From positions 96,001-160,000 of IMG/VR virus record IMGVR_UViG_3300025120_000017: a stretch of DNA of 64,000 nt. One strand, 5' to 3'. The notes below the pieces were generated by a model. It was not told where the DNA came from. It did not search any database and was given only the letters and a program-made list of their open reading frames with translations. Position 1 is the stretch's first letter. Every line of letters starts with the position of its first letter. Source of the stretch: a virus. The translations under genes and the position numbers were made by a program. Positions 1-9,247 of the stretch are shown in pieces.

Positions 1-1
1 T

Positions 2-526
2 TATTAGTATAAATCCACTTCCGAAATCATTATTACTTCTACCTACAAATTCCCCTTCTCCTGTAATGTAAAATTTAATAGGATTAGCACCATTATTTGT
101 TTTACCTACATCATGGAACATTATAGTATCCTTTGCTTGGCCGCCATTTCTAAAAGTAAAAAGAACTGGTTGGTCAGTCAAATGAGGATTTGTAATTCCT
201 GTTCCGGGTAAAAAATGATAAGTAACTTCATCTTTACCTAAACCAATTTCATTAGTCATCATCGTGGTAATCAAAATAGTATCTCCAAAAGTTGCTCCCA
301 GTTCTGCCCCAGCAATTGTTTTATATTTTTTAATTAAACTTCCTTTTATTGCAGTGGAATTATCACCATTTGTAGCATCTACTACTAATATTTGATTTGA
401 AATTATTACACTATTAATGTTTTTTAAACTATTAACATCTTCATGTAAATGTTTAAAGTTTTTATTTATGCTCTCTCTATCGGCTAATATCGACCCAGTC
501 CCTTTAAGTACTATTATTTTACCCAT
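2..526 (-). CDS. Tail spike/receptor-binding protein paralog (partial, runs off window start)
   Basis: Not in the ORF track. ATG at 526 reads MGKIIVLKGTGSILADRESINKNFKHLHEDVNSLKN...ILVVDATNGDNSTAIKGS and stays open to the window edge; N-terminus identical to 553..2214. Confidence 0.75.
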   Translation of the reverse strand, partial: MGKIIVLKGTGSILADRESINKNFKHLHEDVNSLKNINSVIISNQILVVDATNGDNSTAIKGSLIKKYKTIAGAELGATFGDTILITTMMTNEIGLGKDEVTYHFLPGTGITNPHLTDQPVLFTFRNGGQAKDTIMFHDVGKTNNGANPIKFYITGEGEFVGRSNNDFGSGFILI

Positions 527-540
527 AACTTTTTTATATT
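429..540. repeat. 112-bp exact direct repeat, copy 1 (copy 2 at 2117-2228)
   Basis: Identical sequence covering a 14-nt leader and about 33 N-terminal codons of two adjacent genes. Confidence 0.95.
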
Positions 541-552
541 CTTAATTTTGTT

Positions 553-2214
553 TTATAATAGACTTTCGTATTTTGAATATTCGGTTAATATTGTAGAATC
601 TAACAGTTTCATCTTTGGTATCCCAGTTGCATAAGAGTTTCCTGTAAAACTATCTACAAATGTATTAATTTTTACCGTTCCGTTTGATATAAACTCACCA
701 ACAATATAAGCATTATCTTCTGTATTGTCATCTGTTCCAAATACAACTTGACCAGCAGTAATTGCCAATGGATTTATGATAACCTTAGTTGTTCCATTAA
801 AGGTAAAGTTAGAAAATTTAGTATCTATGACTGAACCTCCATACCTATTAGAACCTCTTTTCCAATCGTAGAAACTTGTTTGAGCTGCAGGGTCAGTATA
901 AACAATAGTTGTATTATTATAATTTATAATTGCCTTTGATTTATGAATTGAGGTATTTGTCTTTCTTGAATAATCTAATCTTGCCCCAACACCCAATAAT
1001 ACTAAATCAACATTCATATCAAGTACCAAAGAAATCGGTGCATATGCTGTGTCTGTACTAACAGATGATACTGATTGGTGCCCACCATTACCTGGCGCAA
1101 CCGTTGTATCGTTGTGTATTTTCAAAATTCCTACATTAAATTGTACATAATGATTACAATCTTTATATGCTAAAATAATACCATTTTCATCTAATGACAT
1201 ATTTGGTCGAGGGTCATAAAATTCATATAAAGGGGTGTTTATAATATATGTAGATTTAGCAGTTGCCGAATTAGCACATTGTATATTAGCTCTTGCACCA
1301 CCTACATAATGACTACCGGTTGTTATTGATTTTTCTGCTGATAAAGTTGCAAAAGAATTATCACAAGTTGATGATGAACCACTGTTTGTAATTAATGTAA
1401 CACCATAACTTAAATCATTTGTTCTAATACTACCTTTTGTATGAATATTAATATTCGTATTGGCAGCACCAAGATTTACTACTACCCAAGCATTGACTAT
1501 ATCACCACTTGCTCTAACATCTATCGTACACCCATTACCACCTAAATAAAATAACCAACCATCATCACCAATAATTTCGATATGTTCAGAATCGAGCATT
1601 ACTACCTTAGATGCTGATGTTAATCTTACAATAGACCTTCTCCACACACCATACCAATATGAATCAATTGTAAATCTGCCACCTATTATAGTATAAGAAA
1701 TATCTGTTCCTGATTTATCTGTCCATAATGCATTCCAATTTTCTCCTGTTATGTTTGGGTCAGTTGACGGATATGACATTGTTGAATTATTTTCAAAAAT
1801 ATAAGTAATTCCATCTTTACCTCTATTTGCTTCTACAACATCTGTGATTATTTTAATAATATTTCCAACTACTGCCACATTTTCTGCACCTTCAATAGTT
1901 TTAAAAGGTTTATCATAACTCCCTTTTACTGCAGTTGCATTATCACCATTTATGGCATCAACAATTAATATGCCAGTATTTAGTTGCTGGTCAATAGGTA
2001 CACTATTTTTCAAACTCTCCAATGCATCAGTGACAGTAGTTCCAGGCACGGTTGACTCATTATCTACATTCCCAGAAGTCGTTTTAACATTTTTATTAGT
2101 AATTGTGCTTTCTATGCTATTAACATCTTCATGTAAATGTTTAAAGTTTTTATTTATGCTCTCTCTATCGGCTAATATCGACCCAGTCCCTTTAAGTACT
2201 ATTATTTTACCCAT
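553..2214 (-). CDS. Putative tail spike / beta-helical receptor-binding protein
   Basis: Short helical N-terminus (RESINKNF), VDAINGDNATA...KPFKTI motif typical of the start of beta-helix domains, beta-rich T/N/I/V body; downstream of baseplate genes. Confidence 0.55.
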   Translation of the reverse strand: MGKIIVLKGTGSILADRESINKNFKHLHEDVNSIESTITNKNVKTTSGNVDNESTVPGTTVTDALESLKNSVPIDQQLNTGILIVDAINGDNATAVKGSYDKPFKTIEGAENVAVVGNIIKIITDVVEANRGKDGITYIFENNSTMSYPSTDPNITGENWNALWTDKSGTDISYTIIGGRFTIDSYWYGVWRRSIVRLTSASKVVMLDSEHIEIIGDDGWLFYLGGNGCTIDVRASGDIVNAWVVVNLGAANTNINIHTKGSIRTNDLSYGVTLITNSGSSSTCDNSFATLSAEKSITTGSHYVGGARANIQCANSATAKSTYIINTPLYEFYDPRPNMSLDENGIILAYKDCNHYVQFNVGILKIHNDTTVAPGNGGHQSVSSVSTDTAYAPISLVLDMNVDLVLLGVGARLDYSRKTNTSIHKSKAIINYNNTTIVYTDPAAQTSFYDWKRGSNRYGGSVIDTKFSNFTFNGTTKVIINPLAITAGQVVFGTDDNTEDNAYIVGEFISNGTVKINTFVDSFTGNSYATGIPKMKLLDSTILTEYSKYESLL

Positions 2215-2228
2215 AACTTTTTTATATT
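2117..2228. repeat. 112-bp exact direct repeat, copy 2
   Basis: Identical to 429-540. Confidence 0.95.
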
Positions 2229-2229
2229 T

Positions 2230-5200
2230 TTATTCATCATATTCAACCACTCTTATAAGACCATTTTTTTGTATAGTCTTAGAGTTTCCATTAGTATCAT
2301 CAAGAGTTAATTTTACTGAATACTCTCCATTATCATTAAATAGATAAGTCATATACTTATTAAGATATGTAATAATAGTTTTTCCAGTGGTTTCATTTAT
2401 TATTTCCCATCTGGGATTAGTGTATCCTGGCATCTTACTCATGTCATAATTAAAAAATACCTGAGAACTTCTCTTTACGTCTCTCTGGTAATATAAAACA
2501 TCTAATGTGCTCCATGTTGCATTAGTTGTTATGCTTCTACCATATCGTGTTCCTAGAATATCTTTATATAATATATTACAAACATCATTAGGTGCATAAT
2601 CTTTTTTATATGCAATAATCTTTAAGTCATATGTAGTTACTCCTGTTGTTCCTGATGCAACTTTAACAATATTAAATTCCCAGTCAGCTATGAAGGGTGA
2701 ATTAGCATCTAAGTCAGCTTTAAGAGTTGCTAAATTATTAACTCCAGGTGTTATAGGATAAACAACTCCATCTATACTTAACTTAGCATCGCCTAATGCA
2801 CTTACTGTCCCTATTTCAAATATACTAAATCCGCACGGCGCATCTCCCAGTGCACCATATCCATTTATAGGTGTATTAGATGGGCTAACTGTCATTCCTG
2901 TGCTTGTGCTAAATATGTATCTATTAGGCTTTTCATATTCTTTTGATATTGCTATTATGGTATCAACCTCAAATAGTGTAAGGTTTCGTATTTTAGTGTA
3001 ATCCCATAAAAAACTTGTTAATATAGGATATGTATTAGGATCTAATTTAGTAATTTCATTAACAAAATCTATAAATAGGTTAGATGATGCACCTGTTGCT
3101 GTAAAGGTAAATGTTTCTGTTCTGTTATTATTTTCATCTACTACTATTAATTGACCTCCTGATGTTAAATCAGTTATTTGAAATTTAGTAAACGTTGGGC
3201 TTAATTCATCCCAAAATAAATGACCCATTTGATCCCATGTAACGCTATCAGGTATGTTATTCCAAATATATGGATTCATATCTTCTAAGCTGTTTTGTTC
3301 AACAGATTGTTTAGCCAAGTTTTGATAAAATTCTACATTATCAATACTATGCCAAGGAACTTCAGCAGTATCCCAAGTTGTTGAGTTTTTTACAGGAAGA
3401 TCCCATGTAAATCCTGCACTATCCCATGTCATTTCTAAACTATCCCAAGTTGCCTCATATTTATCTGCTATTTTCCATGCAGTGAAGTCTGGGTTTTTTT
3501 GTTCTACTTCGATAGCATCTTTTTTAATTATTTGGCTATAGCTTCCATATAGGTCATATAGTTTTAAATCTATTGAATATTTTCCAGGATATGGCAAAAT
3601 AACAAAGTATTCATTATATTCATCTATAGTTCCTTTTACTGTACTAGAAAATGCTGGGCTATCATCTAATGGCTTATAAACTGTCCATTCAATTTCATAA
3701 AAATTAGATTGCCCTGCTTGATCCCAACTAACCCCGCTTGATTGGTCTTGTCCGCTATTCCATAATGTTGTAGGAAACCCAATATCAGTAGGAAGAGTAA
3801 AGTCTTTATATGCATTATAGTTATCTAATGAATCCCACGTAACTTGTGCTTCACTCCATGTTATATCAAATGAAGTATTCTTTAGATATACTGGGTACCC
3901 TACTGGAATACCTTCTTTATTGTCTAAATCAAATACTGACCAATCAGGCTCAAAGAAATATCCTAAATATGCTTCACCAAAATTATTAACAGGATTAGAC
4001 CCGTTAAAGAAATCTACATGCGCTAATGTAGGTGCAGTAGACGCATATCTACCTTGCTCAACATATGAAATTATATTACTTGTGGTTGAATCTTTTTCTA
4101 CAAATAATATTTTATTATTATTAAGATTCATATGATATCTTGTAAAAGGGTATTGATTAATTTCCACAAGTTCATTATATAGCCTTGTCATATTATCCTT
4201 ATCGCTGGATTTATATAGAGCTATTATTTCTACACCTATCCCAGTAATGGTATCATATATCTTAAGCTTATTATCATAGAATGAATTTGTAAGAGTAAAC
4301 TCTCTTACTTTAAGATTTGTTGTACCATCCAGTTTTAAATCATTACCTATCTTTGTACCTATCCAATATAAAGGACGCAGATCTTGTATGAAACCAAAGT
4401 TACTTGGAGTAATGTCACATGTAACATCTATATTTACATCAATTGCATCAATTCTGGTAATATCTCTCCAATAATTTATTTCTATTTTATTATAATATAA
4501 TGCTTCCCCTACAATATCAATTATCCTTGCATTAAAAGGCAGGAAAGATTTTTTTAATTTTTCTTTAAGAGCAAATAATTTAATAAGAATTTCCTGAAGA
4601 GTAAATTCTGAAGTTTCTTCAACTATTGGGATTCCATCTTCATCAAATCTGCCGCTTTCTTTAGTTATTTGATAATATAAACCAAACTTGTTAGTTTTTC
4701 TATATACTTTAGATGGAAATAGATCAGTTCCTGTTGATGTATCACCATACTTAAATACATCTTCAATATTTACCCCCTTAAAAAACCCATATTTTTCATT
4801 ATTAATATCAACATTTTTCCAATACTCTTTAATTGTTAGATTTTCATAACCGAAAAATTTAATAATATTAATTAATGCTTTATAGCTGCCTAAATAAGGA
4901 AATATATTATGGAATTCTAATAAAAGTTCCTTTCTCTTTTTATTTATGATGTTAAAATCTATTTCAGATTCTTTAACATCAGTTTTATCAAAAATAATAA
5001 AATCTTTATTATCTATAGAGCTTCCTAATGTATTAAGTAATAAAGGAAGTCTAGGATCTTCTGCAATAACATCAGCAAAAAAGAATATTTCAGCAAGCTG
5101 GGTAATTGTTCCATTTTCATTAATATTAATGATAAGTTTTCCAACATATGAATTTGCATTGCTTGCACTAAATCCTATATTTACTGTTGTAAAATCTTTT

Positions 5201-5634
5201 TTAATGCTATCAATATTATATGCAGTAGGTACTTCTGTATATACTTTAGAAGCTATTGTTGTATCAGTAAATGTTGCATCATATGTTAACGTAACATCTT
5301 GCTCAGTTACTTTATTAATATAATAAAAATTATCATCGCCCTTTGCAATGCCATAAAAAAAGAATTCAGATGAATCATCAGATAGTTTAAATTCTAATTT
5401 TGAGTTTGAAACTTGTGTAAGAGGTTTAACATATTGGAAACTACCATCTTCTTGATCCGATACTTTTTCTAATACTATAAGTTGTTCACTCTCTATAAGA
5501 TCTGCTGATATAGAAGTATTATCGGTTATAACATAATTACCTTTATAGATTTCATCGACTGAATCCCAATGGAAATTCATGTTATCTCCTTTTTTATTAA
5601 AAAATAAGAAATTTTGCTTATTTATATTAGCCAT
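2230..5634 (-). CDS. Large baseplate wedge/structural protein (gp7-like) with PKD-like segments
   Basis: YLGSYKALINIIKFFGY wedge-type motif; PGKYSIDLKLYD and GEYSVKLTLDDTNG PKD-like ends; follows the gp6-like gene. Confidence 0.6.
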   Translation of the reverse strand: MANINKQNFLFFNKKGDNMNFHWDSVDEIYKGNYVITDNTSISADLIESEQLIVLEKVSDQEDGSFQYVKPLTQVSNSKLEFKLSDDSSEFFFYGIAKGDDNFYYINKVTEQDVTLTYDATFTDTTIASKVYTEVPTAYNIDSIKKDFTTVNIGFSASNANSYVGKLIININENGTITQLAEIFFFADVIAEDPRLPLLLNTLGSSIDNKDFIIFDKTDVKESEIDFNIINKKRKELLLEFHNIFPYLGSYKALINIIKFFGYENLTIKEYWKNVDINNEKYGFFKGVNIEDVFKYGDTSTGTDLFPSKVYRKTNKFGLYYQITKESGRFDEDGIPIVEETSEFTLQEILIKLFALKEKLKKSFLPFNARIIDIVGEALYYNKIEINYWRDITRIDAIDVNIDVTCDITPSNFGFIQDLRPLYWIGTKIGNDLKLDGTTNLKVREFTLTNSFYDNKLKIYDTITGIGVEIIALYKSSDKDNMTRLYNELVEINQYPFTRYHMNLNNNKILFVEKDSTTSNIISYVEQGRYASTAPTLAHVDFFNGSNPVNNFGEAYLGYFFEPDWSVFDLDNKEGIPVGYPVYLKNTSFDITWSEAQVTWDSLDNYNAYKDFTLPTDIGFPTTLWNSGQDQSSGVSWDQAGQSNFYEIEWTVYKPLDDSPAFSSTVKGTIDEYNEYFVILPYPGKYSIDLKLYDLYGSYSQIIKKDAIEVEQKNPDFTAWKIADKYEATWDSLEMTWDSAGFTWDLPVKNSTTWDTAEVPWHSIDNVEFYQNLAKQSVEQNSLEDMNPYIWNNIPDSVTWDQMGHLFWDELSPTFTKFQITDLTSGGQLIVVDENNNRTETFTFTATGASSNLFIDFVNEITKLDPNTYPILTSFLWDYTKIRNLTLFEVDTIIAISKEYEKPNRYIFSTSTGMTVSPSNTPINGYGALGDAPCGFSIFEIGTVSALGDAKLSIDGVVYPITPGVNNLATLKADLDANSPFIADWEFNIVKVASGTTGVTTYDLKIIAYKKDYAPNDVCNILYKDILGTRYGRSITTNATWSTLDVLYYQRDVKRSSQVFFNYDMSKMPGYTNPRWEIINETTGKTIITYLNKYMTYLFNDNGEYSVKLTLDDTNGNSKTIQKNGLIRVVEYDE

Positions 5635-5638
5635 CTAC

Positions 5639-5851
5639 TTATTTGTTTTCTTTTGTATAATTATATAAATTTTCCAAGGTTTTAATAGAATTATATGAAT
5701 GCATATAGTATCTTTCTAATCTATCTAAAAAACCTGTCATCATACCATTACCATATCGAACATAAGGCGACATAGTTTTTTCAAAAACGTCAAGATCCTC
5801 TTTAGGAACTCCGTTTATTGCTTGCTTTATTTGAGATTTTTGAGTTATCAT
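5639..5851 (-). CDS. Small hypothetical protein in baseplate operon
   Basis: Tightly packed ORF, stop/start coupled to the gp6-like gene. Confidence 0.6.
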   Translation of the reverse strand: MITQKSQIKQAINGVPKEDLDVFEKTMSPYVRYGNGMMTGFLDRLERYYMHSYNSIKTLENLYNYTKENK

Positions 5852-7671
5852 TATGCTTTATATTTTTTAAATCTTGGCACGCTTTCTTTAAAAACAACAT
5901 TAACTGCTGATAGGTTTACAGGGTCAATACCATCTTTATATTCAATATTATTTCTATCATTAAATCCACCTCTTAATATAGGAAGTTCTTTATTTCCTAT
6001 AACAATATCTCCAAAGTCATCAATACCTATTTTTGGGTCAGTTCCAGTTGATAAGATAATCTTTTCAGTTTTAGTAACATCAGTTGATGTATTAATATCT
6101 AATGAATTTTGTGTATTGTTTCTCAATTGGTCTAATAAAATATCAGACGTTTGTTTATTATTATAAGAAACTTCTTTAAAGTAATAACCATTTCGTATTG
6201 CTTCTTCATTATCCCCAGATATAAATGTAATGCTTACACTATCAATTCCATCAATAGATTCAATGGTCTTAATTAAATCCGATTTAGGTATTTTATCTCT
6301 CCGCTCAAGATTAATAAAATATTCTCCTGCTTTATTAATGATTTCCTCTTCAATAGTTTCTTCTGATGTAATATCATCAAAAACTCGTAAATAAACATTC
6401 ATTGCATATTTTTTTACAATTGGGTCTATAATTTTCATTTCTGCTGAAATAAGTTGAGATCCGCTTTTATTGATTGCATTATACACAGCTTCTTTTGTCT
6501 GTGCATCAATATAGAAATTTTCTATGCTTGTACTAAAGTAATCTGAATTGCTTGATACCTTCTTTGTAATGTCTGGCATTAAGAAAACATATACAACATT
6601 ATCATCATCTAAATAATCATCACCATAAGTGTTAAATGCATAAATAAAAGAAAATTGATTATAACGTCTTAAAAAATGTATGTAATTATCAGGATTTGCA
6701 AGAACTAAAGATCTGCTGTTTTTATTCAGTAAGTATTTTGTTAAATCAGTGCTTTCACCATCAGATCCTAGAGTAATTTTTTTAGTTACTGTAATATCAA
6801 AAATTTCATTAAGATCCACTACTTGCCCAGTTCCTAAGGTAACTTCATCATCAAATTCAAAAACTATTTCATTTTGATTTATTCCTAGGTTTCCTGCAGT
6901 TCCTGCTGTTTTAACATAATTAACTTTAATAAGTTGGCCTACATCAGGAATAGTACCATAATCTTCATTACCAAAATAAATATCGACTTGGCCATTTATA
7001 CCAGTTTTTATAATAACGCCTTTATCATTCTTATTCATATCATAAATAGATTCAAAGTTCTTATACTCTTCGTCATTTACAAATATTTTTACATTATCAT
7101 TTTCAATTATTTCAGTTCTATTGTCAATAGTAAATGACTGTAGTGGAGTTCCATCTCCTTGAAAACTTTCATCTGCTAATTCACCTTGAATTATATTAAA
7201 GTAAACAAACTCTTGACTAGTTTTAGGGATTAATATATTATCAGATGGTAATTTTATTAAGTATGCTAAGCTATTGTTTTGGCACATTAGCTTTGTAAAA
7301 TTATTTATTTTAATATTAGTGCTATTTATTAAGTTAGATGCACCTGGTTTTATCTTAAGACTTAATTCACCTGTTGCACTAGTTCCTCTAGATGGATTAT
7401 GGCCAGTCAATCGAGCAAGCCCTCTTATACTCTTTTGTTTAAATGCAGTTTCTGTATTTCTTTCATTAAGAGCATCTTCTAAATAAAAATATTGTAATTT
7501 ATTAAGTTCTTCTATTACATGAAGTATTTGGCCGTAAGGACTGGTCTCAGAAAAATTCTGATCTCTTTTAGCGTACTCTTTAATTAGATAATTTTCTACT
7601 TGAGTCTTTAATGCCTGATCTTGAATTAACAATTTATCAAGCACCAATTTTATTTTATTTTTATCAGTCAT
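5851..7671 (-). CDS. Baseplate wedge subunit (T4 gp6 / baseplate J-like)
   Basis: ETAFKQKSIRGLARLTGHNP, DIYFGNEDYGTIP, YVKTAGTAGN and LGSDGES motifs; adjacent to gp25-like gene. Confidence 0.85.
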   Translation of the reverse strand: MTDKNKIKLVLDKLLIQDQALKTQVENYLIKEYAKRDQNFSETSPYGQILHVIEELNKLQYFYLEDALNERNTETAFKQKSIRGLARLTGHNPSRGTSATGELSLKIKPGASNLINSTNIKINNFTKLMCQNNSLAYLIKLPSDNILIPKTSQEFVYFNIIQGELADESFQGDGTPLQSFTIDNRTEIIENDNVKIFVNDEEYKNFESIYDMNKNDKGVIIKTGINGQVDIYFGNEDYGTIPDVGQLIKVNYVKTAGTAGNLGINQNEIVFEFDDEVTLGTGQVVDLNEIFDITVTKKITLGSDGESTDLTKYLLNKNSRSLVLANPDNYIHFLRRYNQFSFIYAFNTYGDDYLDDDNVVYVFLMPDITKKVSSNSDYFSTSIENFYIDAQTKEAVYNAINKSGSQLISAEMKIIDPIVKKYAMNVYLRVFDDITSEETIEEEIINKAGEYFINLERRDKIPKSDLIKTIESIDGIDSVSITFISGDNEEAIRNGYYFKEVSYNNKQTSDILLDQLRNNTQNSLDINTSTDVTKTEKIILSTGTDPKIGIDDFGDIVIGNKELPILRGGFNDRNNIEYKDGIDPVNLSAVNVVFKESVPRFKKYKA

Positions 7672-7685
7672 TAATAATACTTTTT

Positions 7686-8051
7686 TTAATTAAGAACAAT
7701 TCTTACTAAATTATCATCCTCAACCGTGACATCAACCACAGCAGCTTCTTCATTTTCTATTTGATAAAAAGTAACAGAAACTTTCCAAGAAAAGTCACTA
7801 GCATATGATGAATACTCTTGAATTTGTTGGTTTATTCTAGATTTCATGTCACTTTCATTAGTACCTAACGTATGTAAATACATATCTAATGATGCGCCAA
7901 ACTTAGGACTACCAATAACAGCAGTCATAGGGCTTGTTAAGATTATTTCTATTTCTTGTAGAAATATTTCTAAGATATCATTTACTTCTATAGTGTTTGG
8001 GCTATAGTTCTTTGAATATGACTTTCTTAAGTAAATATCTGTTGCTCCCAC
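7686..8051 (-). CDS. Baseplate wedge subunit (T4 gp25-like)
   Basis: 121 aa, EIILTS...VIGSPKFGASLDMYL motif; directly upstream of gp6-like gene; GTG start. Confidence 0.8.
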   Translation of the reverse strand: MGATDIYLRKSYSKNYSPNTIEVNDILEIFLQEIEIILTSPMTAVIGSPKFGASLDMYLHTLGTNESDMKSRINQQIQEYSSYASDFSWKVSVTFYQIENEEAAVVDVTVEDDNLVRIVLN

Positions 8052-8068
8052 GGCTTACTTTATTTTTA

Positions 8069-8077
8069 TATTTAATA
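8069..8077 (-). promoter_or_regulatory. Putative late promoter TATTAAATA within a start-codon-covering hairpin (about 8047-8084)
   Basis: Motif 17 nt upstream of the GTG at 8051; CCTCGGTT can pair imperfectly with AGCCGTGG. Confidence 0.65.
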
Positions 8078-8094
8078 ACCGAGGTAATGGTAAA

Positions 8095-8475
8095 TCATGT
8101 AGTGTATGCAGAGATATATGGAATATCTTCTCTATAATGTGTTGATAATCTAGAATAACCATCAAGAACTTCATCATTAAAAATTACAATAGGATTATCC
8201 AATTCATCATCATGTGGAATTTCATCCCACTCTTCAGAATCTTCTCCATATCTATCTTCACCGCTTTTTATATATTCCTTAACATCTTTATCTTTTCTAA
8301 TTACATCTTTAACTTTAACTTTTTTTAATGTAAATGTCTTATTAGATTTAAGAATTTTTTCTATAAAAAAGTCAGGAACATCGCTACTATCTGGTGTGAT
8401 GTAAGTAATGTAATCAGCAATTTCTTGCGCTGATTTACTTTTAGCCTCATTTAAAAATTTCTTATAACTTTTCAT
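8095..8475 (-). CDS. ParB/Srx-like domain protein with capsid-targeting-like N-terminus
   Basis: N-terminus MKSYKKFLNE; PIVIFNDEVLDGYSRL resembles the ParB/Srx IIDGxHR motif. Confidence 0.6.
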   Translation of the reverse strand: MKSYKKFLNEAKSKSAQEIADYITYITPDSSDVPDFFIEKILKSNKTFTLKKVKVKDVIRKDKDVKEYIKSGEDRYGEDSEEWDEIPHDDELDNPIVIFNDEVLDGYSRLSTHYREDIPYISAYTT

Positions 8476-9242
8476 TATTGTCCGTTTGTTGTAAAGAAAA
8501 AACTAGGTGAGCTTAATCCTTTAATTTCTTCTTCTACTTTTTCAATCATAGTTACACCATTATCAAACCATTTAGAATAATCAATTTGTACATTTCCAGG
8601 AAGTTCCATTTGAAATGCTCCTAATATGTTTCCTAATTGTTTATAGGATTCTCCTAAAACATAATTATAAAATAGGTCTAGTCCATATAATGCTTCATAA
8701 GGAACTTTAATCATTACATCAAGTATAAGATCTGGGCAATTCTTAACGTCACCTTTTATAAATAGCCTATTATTTAATCGGTTGTATTCATATGTAAGTG
8801 GGTGTTTAGTAATATGATACATTAGATCATCCCAAGATGCATAAACCACATATGCAAGAACTGCATCACTATACATACCATCTTCAACAGCACCACCGCC
8901 ACCTAAGCCATAATTACCATAAACAAATTTATTTAAACTAAAGTCACTTGTTAAATCTGATGTTTTTGTAAACTGATTATTTTTAGTAAGACCATTAACT
9001 GAATATACGCATGATGGTAATGTAACTCCTCTATTCATTTTAAACAATGAATCTTTCATATACTGCTCGGATGGAATTAAAATATAAACATTATCAACAG
9101 CATCTTCATAATTTCTATAAAACCATTCAGCTGTATATTTTGATATTCTATCTATTTCAGTTAATGGAATTTTAAAAGGTATATTACATGATGCTGTTAG
9201 TGCATTTATAATATCTTGATTAAATTCTTCCTTACTTCTCAT
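8475..9242 (-). CDS. Neck / head-tail adaptor protein (T4 gp13-like)
   Basis: YEYNRLNNRLFI and YKQLGNILGAFQMELPGNVQID resemble gp13 C-terminal motifs. Confidence 0.75.
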   Translation of the reverse strand: MRSKEEFNQDIINALTASCNIPFKIPLTEIDRISKYTAEWFYRNYEDAVDNVYILIPSEQYMKDSLFKMNRGVTLPSCVYSVNGLTKNNQFTKTSDLTSDFSLNKFVYGNYGLGGGGAVEDGMYSDAVLAYVVYASWDDLMYHITKHPLTYEYNRLNNRLFIKGDVKNCPDLILDVMIKVPYEALYGLDLFYNYVLGESYKQLGNILGAFQMELPGNVQIDYSKWFDNGVTMIEKVEEEIKGLSSPSFFFTTNGQ

Positions 9243-9247
9243 ATTTA

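Noticed and set aside
8475-9242. N-terminus MRSKEEFNQD as another capsid-targeting tag
   Set aside because: The protein is a gp13-like neck protein, with Lys at the hydrophobic position and no L/I-x-E site.
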